Source of the DNA: Auanema rhodensis
Taxonomy: Eukaryota > Animalia > Nematoda
Length of the DNA stretch: 64,000 bases
NCBI GenBank assembly: GCA_964057225.1
Contig: OZ059896.1
Coordinates: 15,996,001-16,060,000, forward strand
Reading direction: 5' to 3'
Made by a program: the position numbers and the translations under genes. Under the pieces are notes generated by a model. It was not told the DNA's origin, made no database searches, and worked only from the letters and a program-made list of their open reading frames with translations. The stretch's first letter is position 1. Every line of letters begins with the position of its first letter. Below, piece by piece: positions 25,790-39,541 of the stretch.

Positions 25790-28700
25790 ATGGAGCTGCA
25801 TCCCAGGAATGGTACCCTCACAAAGAAAAAACAAGAGCAATGGGCCCAAGAACGAGGTAAGAAGGATTTTTCTCAGTGCTTAACTCGCTAATAATTTAAG
25901 CCGATAAGATACAATCAGGTGAATGGTACCCATTTGGCTCACCTGGAGGAGGATCTCCAAATAGAAAACATGCTACAATTTCCTATGATTCAAAATTAAA
26001 GGAGGTTAGTTGACGCTTCTTCATTTTTTTCTTTCACTTATTCGTTTTGTGTTTGTTTTATGAAGCGATTTGCATCCTGATAAGCTTGTCTTCTTTTTCA
26101 TTCCATATTTCCCACACCGATTGTCTTTTTGATAGTCCTTTTATCACAGCTCCCAAAAAGAATCGCTTCTGCTGTAAATGTAAACTATAATCTCTTGGTT
26201 ATGGCATCGAATATAGTTTTCTATCTCGATTTTCTGTAGAAGTGGAAAGATGTGGATCAGTTCCTCGCCATCCTCTTCTTTTTCTATTCATCATTCTGTT
26301 CCTCGTCTGAATAGATAACTTTGCTCTATAGAATCAAAACCGGATGATGTGTTTCGTTAGTGGTAGGGAAGACTGTCGTTTCCTAGAGGGATTCTTTTCA
26401 TTCTTCGTTTTCTATCAATAAATTGCTCTATTAGTATTCCCGGATAGTATGATGGTACTAGATAAGATGTTTGGCCCAAGGTGAACTATCTGGCAATGTA
26501 TATCCTGTGTACAGATTCATATCTACCGCAATAACTGAATTACTTGATTGAATTTGCTTTATTTTTCAATTTATTCATAATTAGAAATAATGAGAAGGAA
26601 CGGTATCTATGAAACCCTCAATCATGCAATTGATGGCTTTAGAGCTTTCTTTATCAAGCCTCCCATTGTGTTCTGGTTTATTTTCTTTCGAACACTTTTC
26701 TGATATTCAATTGACCAAGTTTCAGAAGCTATTATTAGCAAACATGCTGGAAGTGTATCGTTGAATACAATAATAATGTTGACATAAGAGAAGCTTCTCG
26801 CTTTCAGCATAAACTAATTCTATGCGCATGGTCTCCGAAACTTCTTTATTGGGCTCGCTGCTCATTTATCATCTTTTAAATGATCTGGGAATCTTTGACT
26901 TTATTATGAATAAGCTTGAAACATTTAGGGGTTTATTTAAAAGAGAACGAATATAAACTTTAGTAGGGATGTGAATTTTGATATTCACTTGTTCACATAT
27001 TGCAATTCTTCTTTTTCCTTTTTTTATCGATAGTGAGGTATAATAAACAAGATTGACTCATACTTCCTCATATATTTATTATTTGTTTAACTTATTTCAC
27101 GACTTAAAACTTAGAAAATTAAAATCTTCTTATGGTTGTTTGATATCAACAAAAATATGTGGCATGAAACTGTGTATTGAGAATGACGGAATTATTTCAG
27201 GAGAATGCAGGAAAAAATATTTCATCCAAATCTGGTACTGAAACTTCTGTTGAAGTGAGATTTGCTGATTTATTGATTCAACAACTAGCAATACATCTTA
27301 TTCTTTTTTTGTAGATTGTCGATCAATCCATAGATCCTCCAATGTCGCAGATGATATCTTTTCCGCCAGACATCTTACCTGTACCTAATAGGTACATTAC
27401 AAATATTATCTTGTTCTCATGATATCATCATCTATTTTAGATCTCCGCAAGAAAATGATATTAATTTAATTAATAATTCTTCTATATTACATAATGTAAG
27501 ATAATTTTAAATTTGTATTTGCATGTTGTGTATTGCAGTCTTATCCTGCTGCAATATCTGCTTGGCCTCCTGGAACTCTACCATATGCCTATAACCTGCT
27601 ACCGCCGGGTGTTATTCCGATTCCAATTAATGTAGCGCTTTCATTAAAGCAACTTTCTAAACGCGATTTTTTTATGTTCAGATGCCTTCACAACCAGGTT
27701 CATCTGATGGAAATAAAGATGCGGCATACTGTCCTCCATTTCTTCCAGGTTACGCTGGCAATTTCTTTTTCCCGCCAGCTGCTTATTTTGGCAATAAGCA
27801 AAATGGTTTATTTTAAATATGAATAAGCTAACTACTTCATTTATATTTAGAAGTAAATAAGAATATTCTCAATGATCAGGATAATAATAATGTACATGAT
27901 AATAATCAACAAACACCTTCCCAACTGTCTTCTATCAGTAAGAATATTACAATTTTCTTTCGTTTTTTTTACAGCAACTCTCCGTTTTTTCTTATTTTTT
28001 ATGTTATTTCTCCAGACCAATCGTTATCTTCTACTAATGACTCACAATCAAAAGATCCTAGCCCGCGTGAACGGGAAGAACATATTCACAAGTATACCTT
28101 AGCAAAATTTACATCCATAACATAACATGTTTAGTCATCCTAAAGAAAATGACGAAAACCATATAGACTCAGAGGAACATTTCATATTAGAAAGGAAAAT
28201 GCGTGAAGACAATGAGAAAACGGGACAGCAAGAAAACAATTCAAAAAAGGTAAAAAAAGATTCATCCCAGAAAGGAAAGTTTTGTATTATTTTAGAGACG
28301 TGAGTCACAGCTGGCAGAAGCTTGGGAGAAGGCTAAACATGAATCTGAAGTTCTGAAAAAAGCTAAGCTTTTTAAACATGTCTTGGAAGGTAATGACAGA
28401 AGCCCTGAATTAGAGAAGAAAATATTAGGGGTCGACAGCACCACAGGAAATCGCATTCTAAATGAGGTAATACATCTACACGGGTATTATGGACACATTA
28501 GGACCGTTTACTATTCTAGATCAATCAGTGGGAACGGCATAAGAAACGAGAGCATCAAGCTATTGAGAAGGCTCGTGAAAGCCGAAAGAGCCAAGACAGC
28601 GCACGATCCACTAGCGCCAGATCTCAGGTGCGTTCTTATAATTTCTTATTTACTTACATTGTGTCTTGTTAATATTGATTAACTATGATTGTGTCAGCTT

Positions 28701-31700
28701 TCAAATTTTTTTTATTTATCAGTTTGTCTAGCAAAATTACTGCAAGCTATTTCAGCTAGCATGTTCCATTAATTTACACATCAGCTGTCAAAATTCTTGA
28801 TTAATCTACCTCAATTTTTTTAAATCTTTTCAGTTTAGCTTTAGAGCTGATTATGCATACCATTTGATTCAATTTTTTGTTGCAATTTCTCCTTTTTATT
28901 AACTTAAATTGGTCTTGCAGAGTTCTCCAGCTAAGCATCGCTCTAAATCAGTGGATATTGATAGTAGGATCAACCCAAACCGTATGGATTCGACAACCGA
29001 GGCTAACAAGCAATCCGTAAATGGTTTGAACATTATTCTATTGGATCTGCCCATTAGTGTTTGCTTATTACTAGAACCGGCCCGAGGAAATCAAAATTCC
29101 CACATTCCTTTGTCAAGAAACGCTTACAATAGGTTGTCTCTTCGTTCCTCTAAATCTGTCACTACCTCTAAGTGAGTTCTTATTCTTACTTCTTTTTACC
29201 TTTTCCACAATTTAAATGCACTGTTTATAGGGAAGGATTTCGTCATATTCCGCCTATGAATAATTGTCAGGTTGGAATTAATAAACATAGTACGCATACA
29301 CCGCACCCTAGAGATAATACTGAATCTAGAATTCCTGTTCCACAAGCTAGAAGGTACCTTTTTTATTTATAGCAATGGTTTAAAATAGATTTAAAGAGCA
29401 CCAACTCAAGTGATAACGAATGATCGTGAAGACGTATCAGTGAATTCATGTAATCAAGAAAATCAGGTAATGACGTCTAAAAAAATTAATGTCCAACGTA
29501 CTTGTGTCTTTCGTTGTTTTGAATAACAATCTGTAGGTTTAGCATGTTAAACAAACATTTACAGTCTGCACAGTCGAGTATTAGAAGAACGCCTAAAAGA
29601 TCTGGAGATAAAAACCATCTGGAAGATCAGAAGGTACGTGTTTTATCGATTGATTGCATGTCGAGGAATTTGAAATATTTCAAGTTCGTGTGCTCTATTC
29701 CGAACTTCCCATTTTGGTCTATGATGTGCAAATTGTTAATTGCATTTTATATCTTACTGTTCATAATTTCATAATCAATCTGTTTTGTCTTACATTTTAT
29801 TACGCCGCCCGTTCTGAATCATCCCATTGGCCAATTTCACCTACAGATTTGACAGAGGAAGCATATCCAAGGATCTGTTGTTGCCTTGTATTTTCATTTC
29901 TGTTTTTTTTACAAATGCAAAATGTTTTAATATTTCACATGACATTGCATCAAGCCTTATCTTGAGTTCTTTATGACCAATGTAGAGCTCTGTTGCGATT
30001 TCTAGGCTGTTAAGTCTTAGTTCTTCCCTTTTTTCCGTTTCAAGAATGATAAGTATGCGGTCAATTGCTAAGATAGCGTTTACAGTTTAAACGCCTCCGT
30101 TTTATACTTGCTATTTTTCATCTCGCTTCATACAACGGCTTCCTCTTTACTGTTCGCATTATTATGATATGGTGAATGTTCTTTTACCCTACTAACACTC
30201 CTCTGTCCAAGAAAGGTAATAAGACGGAACTCTTTTTGTCATATTAACTGGGCGTGTGATTCTAATCGGATTAGACCTATTGTTTCGCTACGTTTATCGC
30301 TGCAAATATTCTTTTATTTTCTTGAGTTATTTCTACATCGCGTGCCAACTAGAATCTATGAAATGTGATCCTCTGTTTATTTACGCAATGGTCATCCTTC
30401 TATTGCAGCATCGTTCACATTATCTATCGATACTTTCTATTATTATGCTCTGATTTCATAGCTTGTACCAGCAGTTGAGATTTGGAGAAGGTTTAGTGAT
30501 TTCACCATCTCCTTCTTCACACATTATAAAGACAGCTGCTGTTGGTCACCACAGGAGGACCACATGTGTACATTTTTTATCCGCTGTAATCATCTCTTTC
30601 GTATTTCATTGTGGGCAAATACTTCCTTCTCGTATGTAGTCTGCAAGTAGTTACAGTGCGGACGTCGTAGTTTTACTTGTTCCTAACAAGGCCACAATAT
30701 GTCAATTAGCCCCACTTTCTACATTACTGTTATACATATATATCTTTCTTATTCTTCTATGTGCTATGTTTCTTGCTGAGGTGACGCTGTTTGTCCAGTG
30801 CCTATCTTCGATTTTACTTTTCTGGTAATGTCGTATTTCATTATTTTCCCTATGTGAGACTTGTACTCTCGCACCGAAGGTTGCCGACCTTCGAAGTTTT
30901 ATTGCGTTCACGCACCTTTTCTTCTCTTTATAGCGATTTGTGAAAATTGGATTTTTTTACAATTTGTAATCTCATTTTCAACTTCGAATTTCCAGAATCC
31001 TCTGTTGAATCCTATTGCCACTCGAAAAATGCGTCCAAATGCTAAAAATTTGTCAAATCTAAGTGGAACAGTCGGCAGTCTTGATAGTAATGAAGAAACT
31101 AGCAGCGGATCTGAATGCCACGTATCTCCCAAGTATGTTTTACAGCACTCCACATTTTACTCCGCGTTGATTATATAATTTTTTTTTGCAAATTTATGAT
31201 TTTAGCAGCTCTCCAGTTCCTTCTATTGTAATTGATACTAATGATGCAAAAAAATCGATTGTACCAGAGATTCAAACAACTCCAAAAGCTCCGTCGAACG
31301 CACTCGTAAGACTCGTATCATTGTAATTTTGATTACAATCGATTTTTCAGCGTTCACGTAGTGCTTTTAATTCTCCGAATTTTGGAACTCCTCTTAATGG
31401 TGGATTAAGAGCTGCTATATACAAACAAAAAATTGGTCAAAAGGGTTGTTCTAATCATGAAGAGGTCAGTAAAGTGTTAATTAATTGTTATATATGTGTT
31501 TCTCTTGTAGGATACTTTATCACCAGATGTTAGAAGAAAGGCAGAAGCTTCCTTGTCAAGAACATCGTCCATGTCTTCTCTCAGAGGATCAATTTCTAAT
31601 CTAAGAGGATCGATGTCCAATCTTAATATCAATGTCGCCGATTCTCCTGCTTTCGGAAGGTTCAAAAGCATGGTATGTGTTTATATTTCTTGGAATTTAT

Positions 31701-31870
31701 TATTTTTTTTCTATATTTAGAACCCGGCATATCGATCATTTAATAATAAAAAAAGCAGTGATAGGCAAAAAGCCACATTAGAACGATTAGCACTGTTAAG
31801 GGAGCAGCTCCGAGCCAAAGAAAATTTTTTGGACAGTAATTCTGTGTGTAGCACTCCTGGTAAGCCATAA
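25790..31870 (+). CDS. Large multi-exon low-complexity/coiled-coil protein, CCDC66/CSPP1-like (boundaries approximate)
   Basis: LTKKKQEQWAQER and WYPFGSPGGGSP motifs; later exons RESQLAEAWEKAK and RQKATLERLALLREQL. Confidence 0.6.
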
Positions 31871-32341
31871 GCTTTAAGAAAATGTTGAATTGTTTGTTTC
31901 TGCATATCTCTATCACTTATATCAGATTATAATTTCACTTTATGAGTCATATTAATAACGACTAAGTCGAATAATATAATATACTCGGTTTCGGCATATT
32001 CGTGTACTGTATCATAGCCCTTTTACTTCGCAGCGTTTTCTTCTTGCCTGCTGTGTGTGTGTCTCTTCTCTCTCACAAATATCATAAAAGCTTCCATACA
32101 TGACGTCATTTTTTTTAATTTCTGAAAATGGTTACCTAATGAAGTTTTTTTCTAATTATTGATATCGATCTTTTGTCACCTGATTTTTTACGGATATATG
32201 TACAATAGAAGTTGTAAAAAAGAATAAAATTTTCTCTTTCAAATATGCTTTTGAAACATTTGTTAATAATCAAGATATCGCGGTGTAATATGTTGCTTAT
32301 GTGGTAAAATTCAGGTATCAACGGTAACGTTTTGTTTCAGA

Positions 32342-33840
32342 ATGGGGGTTTTATCATTTTTTTCGGATCCTTGGATTGAATTCTTCATTTGTATTTATAT
32401 CTATTTTCTCGCAGCTTATTATAGCTTAAAGGAATTATTATTTGAAGCAACTCATCAAGGGATTGAGCGGAAGTACGCCTTTTTTTAAGTCTAAAAATAT
32501 GCTACATAAATTAATTTAATTTCCTTATTCAAAAAGATTTTCGATAATTTTTTTTAGATTGTTGGATGAAATTGATAAATCTCCTTTAATCAAACATAGA
32601 CAGAGCAAAACTGCCATTGTCACTGGTGCTGATGGAACCATTGGCACGGAAGTTGGTTAACTATTTCATCCGCAACTGATTTGACTTTCCACATATTTTT
32701 GTTTTAAGATTGTTAAACGATTACTTTCCTATGGATTCACAGTGCATGCTCTTGTTGGTGATAAAGATAGGGTAAGGGGAAAGCTAAATGAAATTTATAT
32801 TTGTAAGTTATGTTAGGCATCCATTTCTTTTAACAGCGAAAAGGCTGCCATAGGACGTCGCACTTTAAAAATATATCCTATTGGATTTCAAGATCCTTTT
32901 GAGGTTAATAACTATCGTAGGATTATGATTTTTATGAAATGTTTCAGCTGTTGGACTTTGCAGAGCAATTCGCAAAGGGGCCATCTTCCTTGGATTTAGT
33001 AGTTCTTTCAGCTGGAACAATGCTTGCTAAAGAAAAGGTTTGAACTTTTATATTTTTTGATACTCTCATAATTATTTTTAGCGAATTGATGGTGTCGAAT
33101 CTCATATGTGTATTAATGTTACATCGCATGCTCTCCTATTAGATACTATCAAAGGGAAATTAACTTCTAATGCCAGGTACTTATCAAAATTGTATGTATT
33201 TATTAATCTTTTTTTAGAATTGTGGCTTTAAGCTCTGCTTGTTCACATGCTGCCCATTTGCCACAAATTTATAACAAAGGTTTGTCTTTAAATTGTGGGA
33301 TTTATTTTGAATTATTCTTTTAGAACATGTACTGTCATCTTACTTAGGTCCCTATCAGTCATATGCATTTTCTAAATTAGTTTTGTCATCATATGTACAT
33401 GAATTAGCTTCTATAGAGTTGGACCATATTTTGGATTATCGTATTATATGATATGATTTATTATAGAAAATTACCAATTGTCAGTGTTCATCCTGGTGTG
33501 GTTCCTGGAACGTTATATCGACACACCAAAATCTATTTGAGGATATTCATATATTTTGTTTTACCCTTTCTTATGAGGCATTCTCTGTTAAATAATTTGT
33601 CTTTAATATTTTTTTTCAGAAAACCAAGATTTGCGTCTTTGCTTGTTCTTCATACAGCTCTTCGTCGAGATTTCACTCCCGGATCTTATTATGAAGATTG
33701 CATCGCTAAGAATGTCTTTAAAAACATTGCTGAAAAGGTATTTAACAGCTGTAAGCTACGTGTCAAACTCTTTTTAGGATCGTCAAACTGTTTACGAGGT
33801 AATTAAAGCTCAACTTTCTGAATGGAAATCTACTGATTGA
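32342..33840 (+). CDS. Short-chain dehydrogenase/reductase (DHRSX/RDH-like)
   Basis: TAIVTGADGTIG, LVVLSAG, catalytic YAFSK, SVHPGVV; ends WKSTD*. Confidence 0.88.
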
Positions 33841-33977
33841 TTAATTATTAATTTCAACACGGGTTTCAAATGTTTTTCAAATAAAATATTTATTAATATA
33901 ACAATGATATAATCTATGTAAAAACATAACAACAAATTTCAAAAACATCTATTCACTAACAATTATGAGACCGCTTT

Positions 33978-35779
33978 CTAATGAATGGATTGAACTGCTT
34001 TCTCAGCAGCTTCAGATAGGTTTGATGCAGAAATAATTGAAAGACCAGAGTTCTCCATAATTTTCTTGGCTTCTCCGACATTGGTTCCTTGAATTGATGA
34101 GTTATATTGTTTCATATACCGCTAAATCATTACCTTCCAAACGGACAACCAATGGAATTTTAAGTTGGATCTTCCTACACGCAGCAACTACGCCATTAGC
34201 GATAGTTGCACAATTTACAATTCCTCCGAAAATGTTGACTAAAACACACTTTACCTAAACAAGTAAACAATATTTCCTAGTGTTCAGCAAATAATCTTAC
34301 TTTGGAATCACCAGTAATTATTTTTACAGCCTGATAAACTTGATCTTCGGTAACAGCTCCTCCTACATCAAGGAAATTTGCAGGCTCCCCTCCTTTCAAC
34401 TTTATTTCATCCATAGTAGCCATAGCTAGCCCAGCTCCATTAACTAAATTTTTAGAACTACAATAGTTCGAAACATTTTCACATACCCAAGCAAGCAATG
34501 TTTCCATCCATTCCTATATAGTTAAGTTTATGTTTATGAGCTTCAACCTCACGGGCATCTTGCTCGGAGGTATCTTCCATATCAAAAATTTCTCTTTGTC
34601 TGTAGGATGCAGAATCATCGAAATTCATTTTAGCATCAACACAGAAAACGTTTCCATCGAAAGTTTCCACAAAGGGATTAATCTCAACCTGGGTAGCATC
34701 AACAGCAATAAAGAGATTATAGAGTCTAATAATTTCTTCAGCAGCCTAAAACCACCAAACTAAATTAAAGTGCAGAATTCATTCTACTTTTCCGACAAGA
34801 TCTCCTTCAAAGCCAAGATTCTTAGCTATCTTGTTAGCCTGTTCATTGGTCATTCCAATAGAAATATCTACGGGTTCCTATAAGACACCAATAACTTTGA
34901 AAGAAAAAGAAATAGGATGTACTTTGAAAATGAGATGAGGAGTAGCCTCAGCAACATGTTCGATATCCATTCCTCCAGCAGGACTAGCAACAACAACTGG
35001 TCCGTTGGATTCTCTGTCCATTAAAACTGCTAAATAGGTTTCCCTTTTAATTGTAACTCCCTCCGCAACCATAACCTCAAAGAAATAACATTAATATATG
35101 AACAACATGGGTTTCTTACTTTCTCAACTAAAACACCACCAGGTGGAGTTTGTTTAGTAACGAGATGTTTGCCAATCATTTCAGGGATAGCTTCTAAGGC
35201 TTCGTTGCGGCTGAACATACGAATACGAGTAATAAAGATAATATGAATAAAGCATACTCGTATGTAATAAAAACTCCACTGAGCCCTGGTTTTCCATCGA
35301 TAAACTTTCCTTTTCCACGACCTCCAGCAAGAATTTGAGCTTTAACCACAAATTCAATATCTCCTAAAATTATATCATAACAATATCTTAATGAAACATT
35401 TTTTTCCATTGTTTTTAGTTTTCGCACATGATTGTTCGACTCTAAACTTTGCGCTCAACTTTTAACGATTATCACTTTGGATGTAGTGAAATTGATAACT
35501 AAAGTTAAAATATCTAACCGAAGTTAGCTAACTTATTAGCAGCATCAATTTTGTTTGAAGAAACGATGAATTTTTGAACACTACATCCGTGCCTGAAAGA
35601 TTCGGTATAAGAATTTGCAACATAATTTCCACAAACTTTTCCAAAATCTGTTTACTTTGATATTCTTGTAAGTTCAAAAATCTGAACTGCTGAGCCTACA
35701 AGACCACATTTTAGCGTGAATTCACGAAAAATAAACTCACGTTCAATACACTCCTGACTCTTCCAAAACTGCGCAGCAT
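33978..35779 (-). CDS. sucg-1: Succinyl-CoA ligase [GDP-forming] beta subunit (SUCLG2)
   Basis: [65 protein letters not shown]. Confidence 0.93.
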
Positions 35780-36712
35780 CCTAGACAAGGAGACTTATTA
35801 ATATATCAGAATTATACCAAAACTAATATTTAAAATTGATTGAAAACAAAAACAAAAAAACAAAGACGTCTTTGGAAATATTTTAATACAAACTCTGTAT
35901 ACAAAACATATATATATATATAGTAATGGAGATGATAAAAACCTATTCCATAAATAACACATAAAATTCGTCACAGTAAAAAGATTAGTATGGCAATACT
36001 ATTTCATGATTCGCTAATTTGAAATACGACGGTAGGCACAAATGCATAACTTATGTTAAACACTGTAATGTAACAAAGAATTAAAGGCATCCTTTTTATG
36101 GATAAAACAAGCTGAAAATCATCAGAAGTTATGACAACTAGATGAAAATCTTGGAAAATACGTAGAAAGGCTTTTTGACAAGAATAAATTGATTGAATCC
36201 AATAAATGCACATGGTTTAGCATGTCTAAAACTATATAACTCAAAATCTTTTCCATTATAAACCTAATAAATAGGGTCGTTGAATAAGCATGATATTCGC
36301 ATTTTATATTTTAGATCAAAAATGGTTTTCTTTACACAAAAGTTCATTTTAACGAATCTCAGACTTATTCTAATATCGAAAATAAGTCGATTAACTCATT
36401 AACCTAGCGAATATAGCACGAGTTTAATGTCTCAATATCGCAGCTGGTGAATTAATTCGAAATGTAATAGTTGAATTATAATAGAACAGATCTTCTACTT
36501 TGGGTGAACATATCTAATAAATTGAACAACCCAAGATCCTGTTTATAATTATTTTGAATAGGATTACTATGCTCTGAAATCATCTTTTCTTTTGTAAAAT
36601 GCGTGTTCACGAAATGAAGAGCTATAACTTTCACTAGCTATGAGAAAAAGAAGAATTAATCTCTCTTTCTATCAAGAGAATCTTCGAAGTTCAACCCTAA
36701 AATGCTCATTTT

Positions 36713-38683
36713 TCAGAGTTTCAGTTTTTCGGTAACAGCTGCTATTAAGGCTGCACCTCTAGCACTTCCTTCGTCTGCTGGCACGAGCTCCCACTAAAAC
36801 AAAAAATTAACACATAAAATATATCAAATGTTGGCAAACCTTGACATTTTTGGGAGCAAGATCATTCATTTTCTTTCTCAATAACTCATGATAAGTTGGA
36901 TGAAACTGAATAAGAGCTCCACCAACTCCGATCTTTACTTGATCAACTTCCAAGTGTTTTAACAAAGCACTGATGGCTGCAAAAAGAAAAAAATTAAGAT
37001 AAGAAAAAAAAATTAAGATAGAAAAGAAACATACCAGCAGCAACAATACTTGCACTCCTGAGCGATACAACATAACAAACTTCCCGAATGATCAAATAAT
37101 CAGATGATCCGTGCATCGGAACTTCTAATTCATCACATATTCGCCGGCATGTCTTATAACTGTCTTCCTCCTCACTAAAAACAAAATGTTAACAACTTTT
37201 AAATGCGAAAGAATTAACCTCAAAATCTCACTGATATACTTTGTTGGGAAAGTATCAGCTTCATCTAACTTTTCACAAGGTTGACCTTCGAACAAAACTC
37301 TGAACACACATAATTAATTAATATAACATATATTAAAATTACCTATCAAGAATGAGCTGAGATAGAACACGACGAACAAGTTCGCCCAGGTATAAAGCTC
37401 CTGTTAACTTATCAACACTGTAATATTCGAAATTAAATACAAATCAGTAATATATATCTTACATCTGCTTTCCCTTATGAACTGAAGCTTCATCTATTTC
37501 TTTATCAAACTGTGTTAAAATGTCATTCAGATCTCCCTAAAGTATGGTCACTGTTTTCAAAAAAAATTCCGAAGATTATATGATACCTTTGAACCAAATT
37601 CTTCCCATTCGGTAACAACAACCATGTTAGGATGGTCATACTTGGCTTCCTTGGCATTGAACTTAGTAATACGTTCTGTTTTCTCAAGATAAGACGCATT
37701 GCATCTGTAGAGAGAAAATATAAATGAGTATATGAAAAAAACCCAAAATTACCCGTATCCAATAACAACTCCAATAGTGCATCCACTTCCATATTTATAA
37801 CTAGCAGCAGCTAATTGACCAACGGTATCGTTCATAACAGCTTTAATTTGTGCTTTGGTAGACTAAAAACAGAACTTTTTCAAGGAAACATCTAATAACA
37901 GACTAACCATGTTCATTTCTAAAGCTTCTTCTAAAAGTTGGACAACATCTTTTTGTAAACAATCTTTAATATCAAATCCTTTGGTCCACCAAAGAAGACG
38001 AGCAGATCTAATAGATAAAAGTTCGCATGGATAAGAGAATACAAATCCTGTAAAGACATATTTTATTTTTTTTAATAGTTTAATGCGTACCAATAGGTAA
38101 ATTAGCTTCAACCAAATCAAACTCTTGAAGAAATCGTTGAAGGCAGTTAACAATAAAAGTGAATAACTAAAATAATTTAGCAATAACTGAGAAATAAAAA
38201 ATAATACTTACTTGATCTCCAGTTCCTTTCATGACATGATTAGGCACGATATAATTAGTGTTAACAGCCACAGGCTCTTTTTCAACACCAAGAAGAGTGA
38301 GAAGCATAATGCGTAAATTTTTTCCTGATAAATCTATAGCAACATATTGTCCTTTTTCTGTAATATTTGAAAAATTAATATATGAAAAACAATAACAATT
38401 TTAAACCTGTTCCATCTGGTAGAGCAGGGACATAAGAAGGTAACATAGCTATGGAAGATCCTTCTTTTTTTGCAAGTCCCGACTATAAAAAACATATTCA
38501 AAACAACATATTAATATGAAAATTAACCTTTAACTCAGCGAATATTTTGTCACTAATTTGAAGTAATTTTTCATCTGATATGATAAAGGATTTTAAAATC
38601 TATAATATAATAAAAAAATACTAATATAAAAATAGAAATAAAAAAACCTCCTGAACATCCGGATCAACTGAACGGATTGTCAT
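36713..38683 (-). CDS. Hexokinase (divergent, hxk-3-like)
   Basis: AMLPSYVPALPDGTE, IDLSGKNLR, GFVFSYP, WTKGF, MNDTVG, YLGELVR, EGSARGAALIAAV. Confidence 0.9.
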
Positions 38684-39541
38684 CCTATAAATTATTTAAT
38701 TTCTATTTTTTATAAAGAACACGAGAAATTGAAAGTTTTCAATTTTTATAAGAAGCAAATAAATGAACGCTTTTATTAAGCCACAATTATACGCAATTCT
38801 TCCTGCATGTTATACACTACGTCTGTTGCACTACCGTATAATTCATAAATAACAATAAAAAAAATTGGTTTATCTTTATTGTTATATAGAAAGAGTGATA
38901 TATAAATCGCTTCAAAATATTTTTTTCGTTATAATTATATTGTGAAGTAGGTAGTATTAATCATTTGAATACTTTATGATTAATATTGCAATATGATGCA
39001 ATAAGTTTGTTTGTAAAATTGTTAGTTAATTTTAATTTATAAATGTTGCACATTAATATACATTCTTTTATGAGTAATTTTAAGCAAAAAGTGAAATGAA
39101 AACGGTGTGTATGAATAGAATTAGAGAATGAAATAATTGAAAAAGAAAAAGTTGATAATTGGATCATGAGAGATCAATGTTCCTATCATTAAATAAACTG
39201 AACCGTGTATCTCAGTTAAATTTTTAACACTACAAATGCAATACAAATATTTAATCTATTTTTTCTGATAATCTTCATAACAAAGAATTAAAAAAGCACA
39301 TACAACAAATAAAATAATTTTCTAATTATTAATCATTTAACAATATAAATGTACATGAAAGACTTGAGCATCGTAAATTACAGTTATTGATCCGTATGTT
39401 TGATTTTGTTAAATCTTTAGAATACAACTAGATCTATGTATTTTCTTCAAAAATGTGATCGAAATCAATATATCTCAAGAAATATCCCATTTTATAACGA
39501 ATGTGACGAAACATAACATTTTGTAAAATTATTAAAACGGA

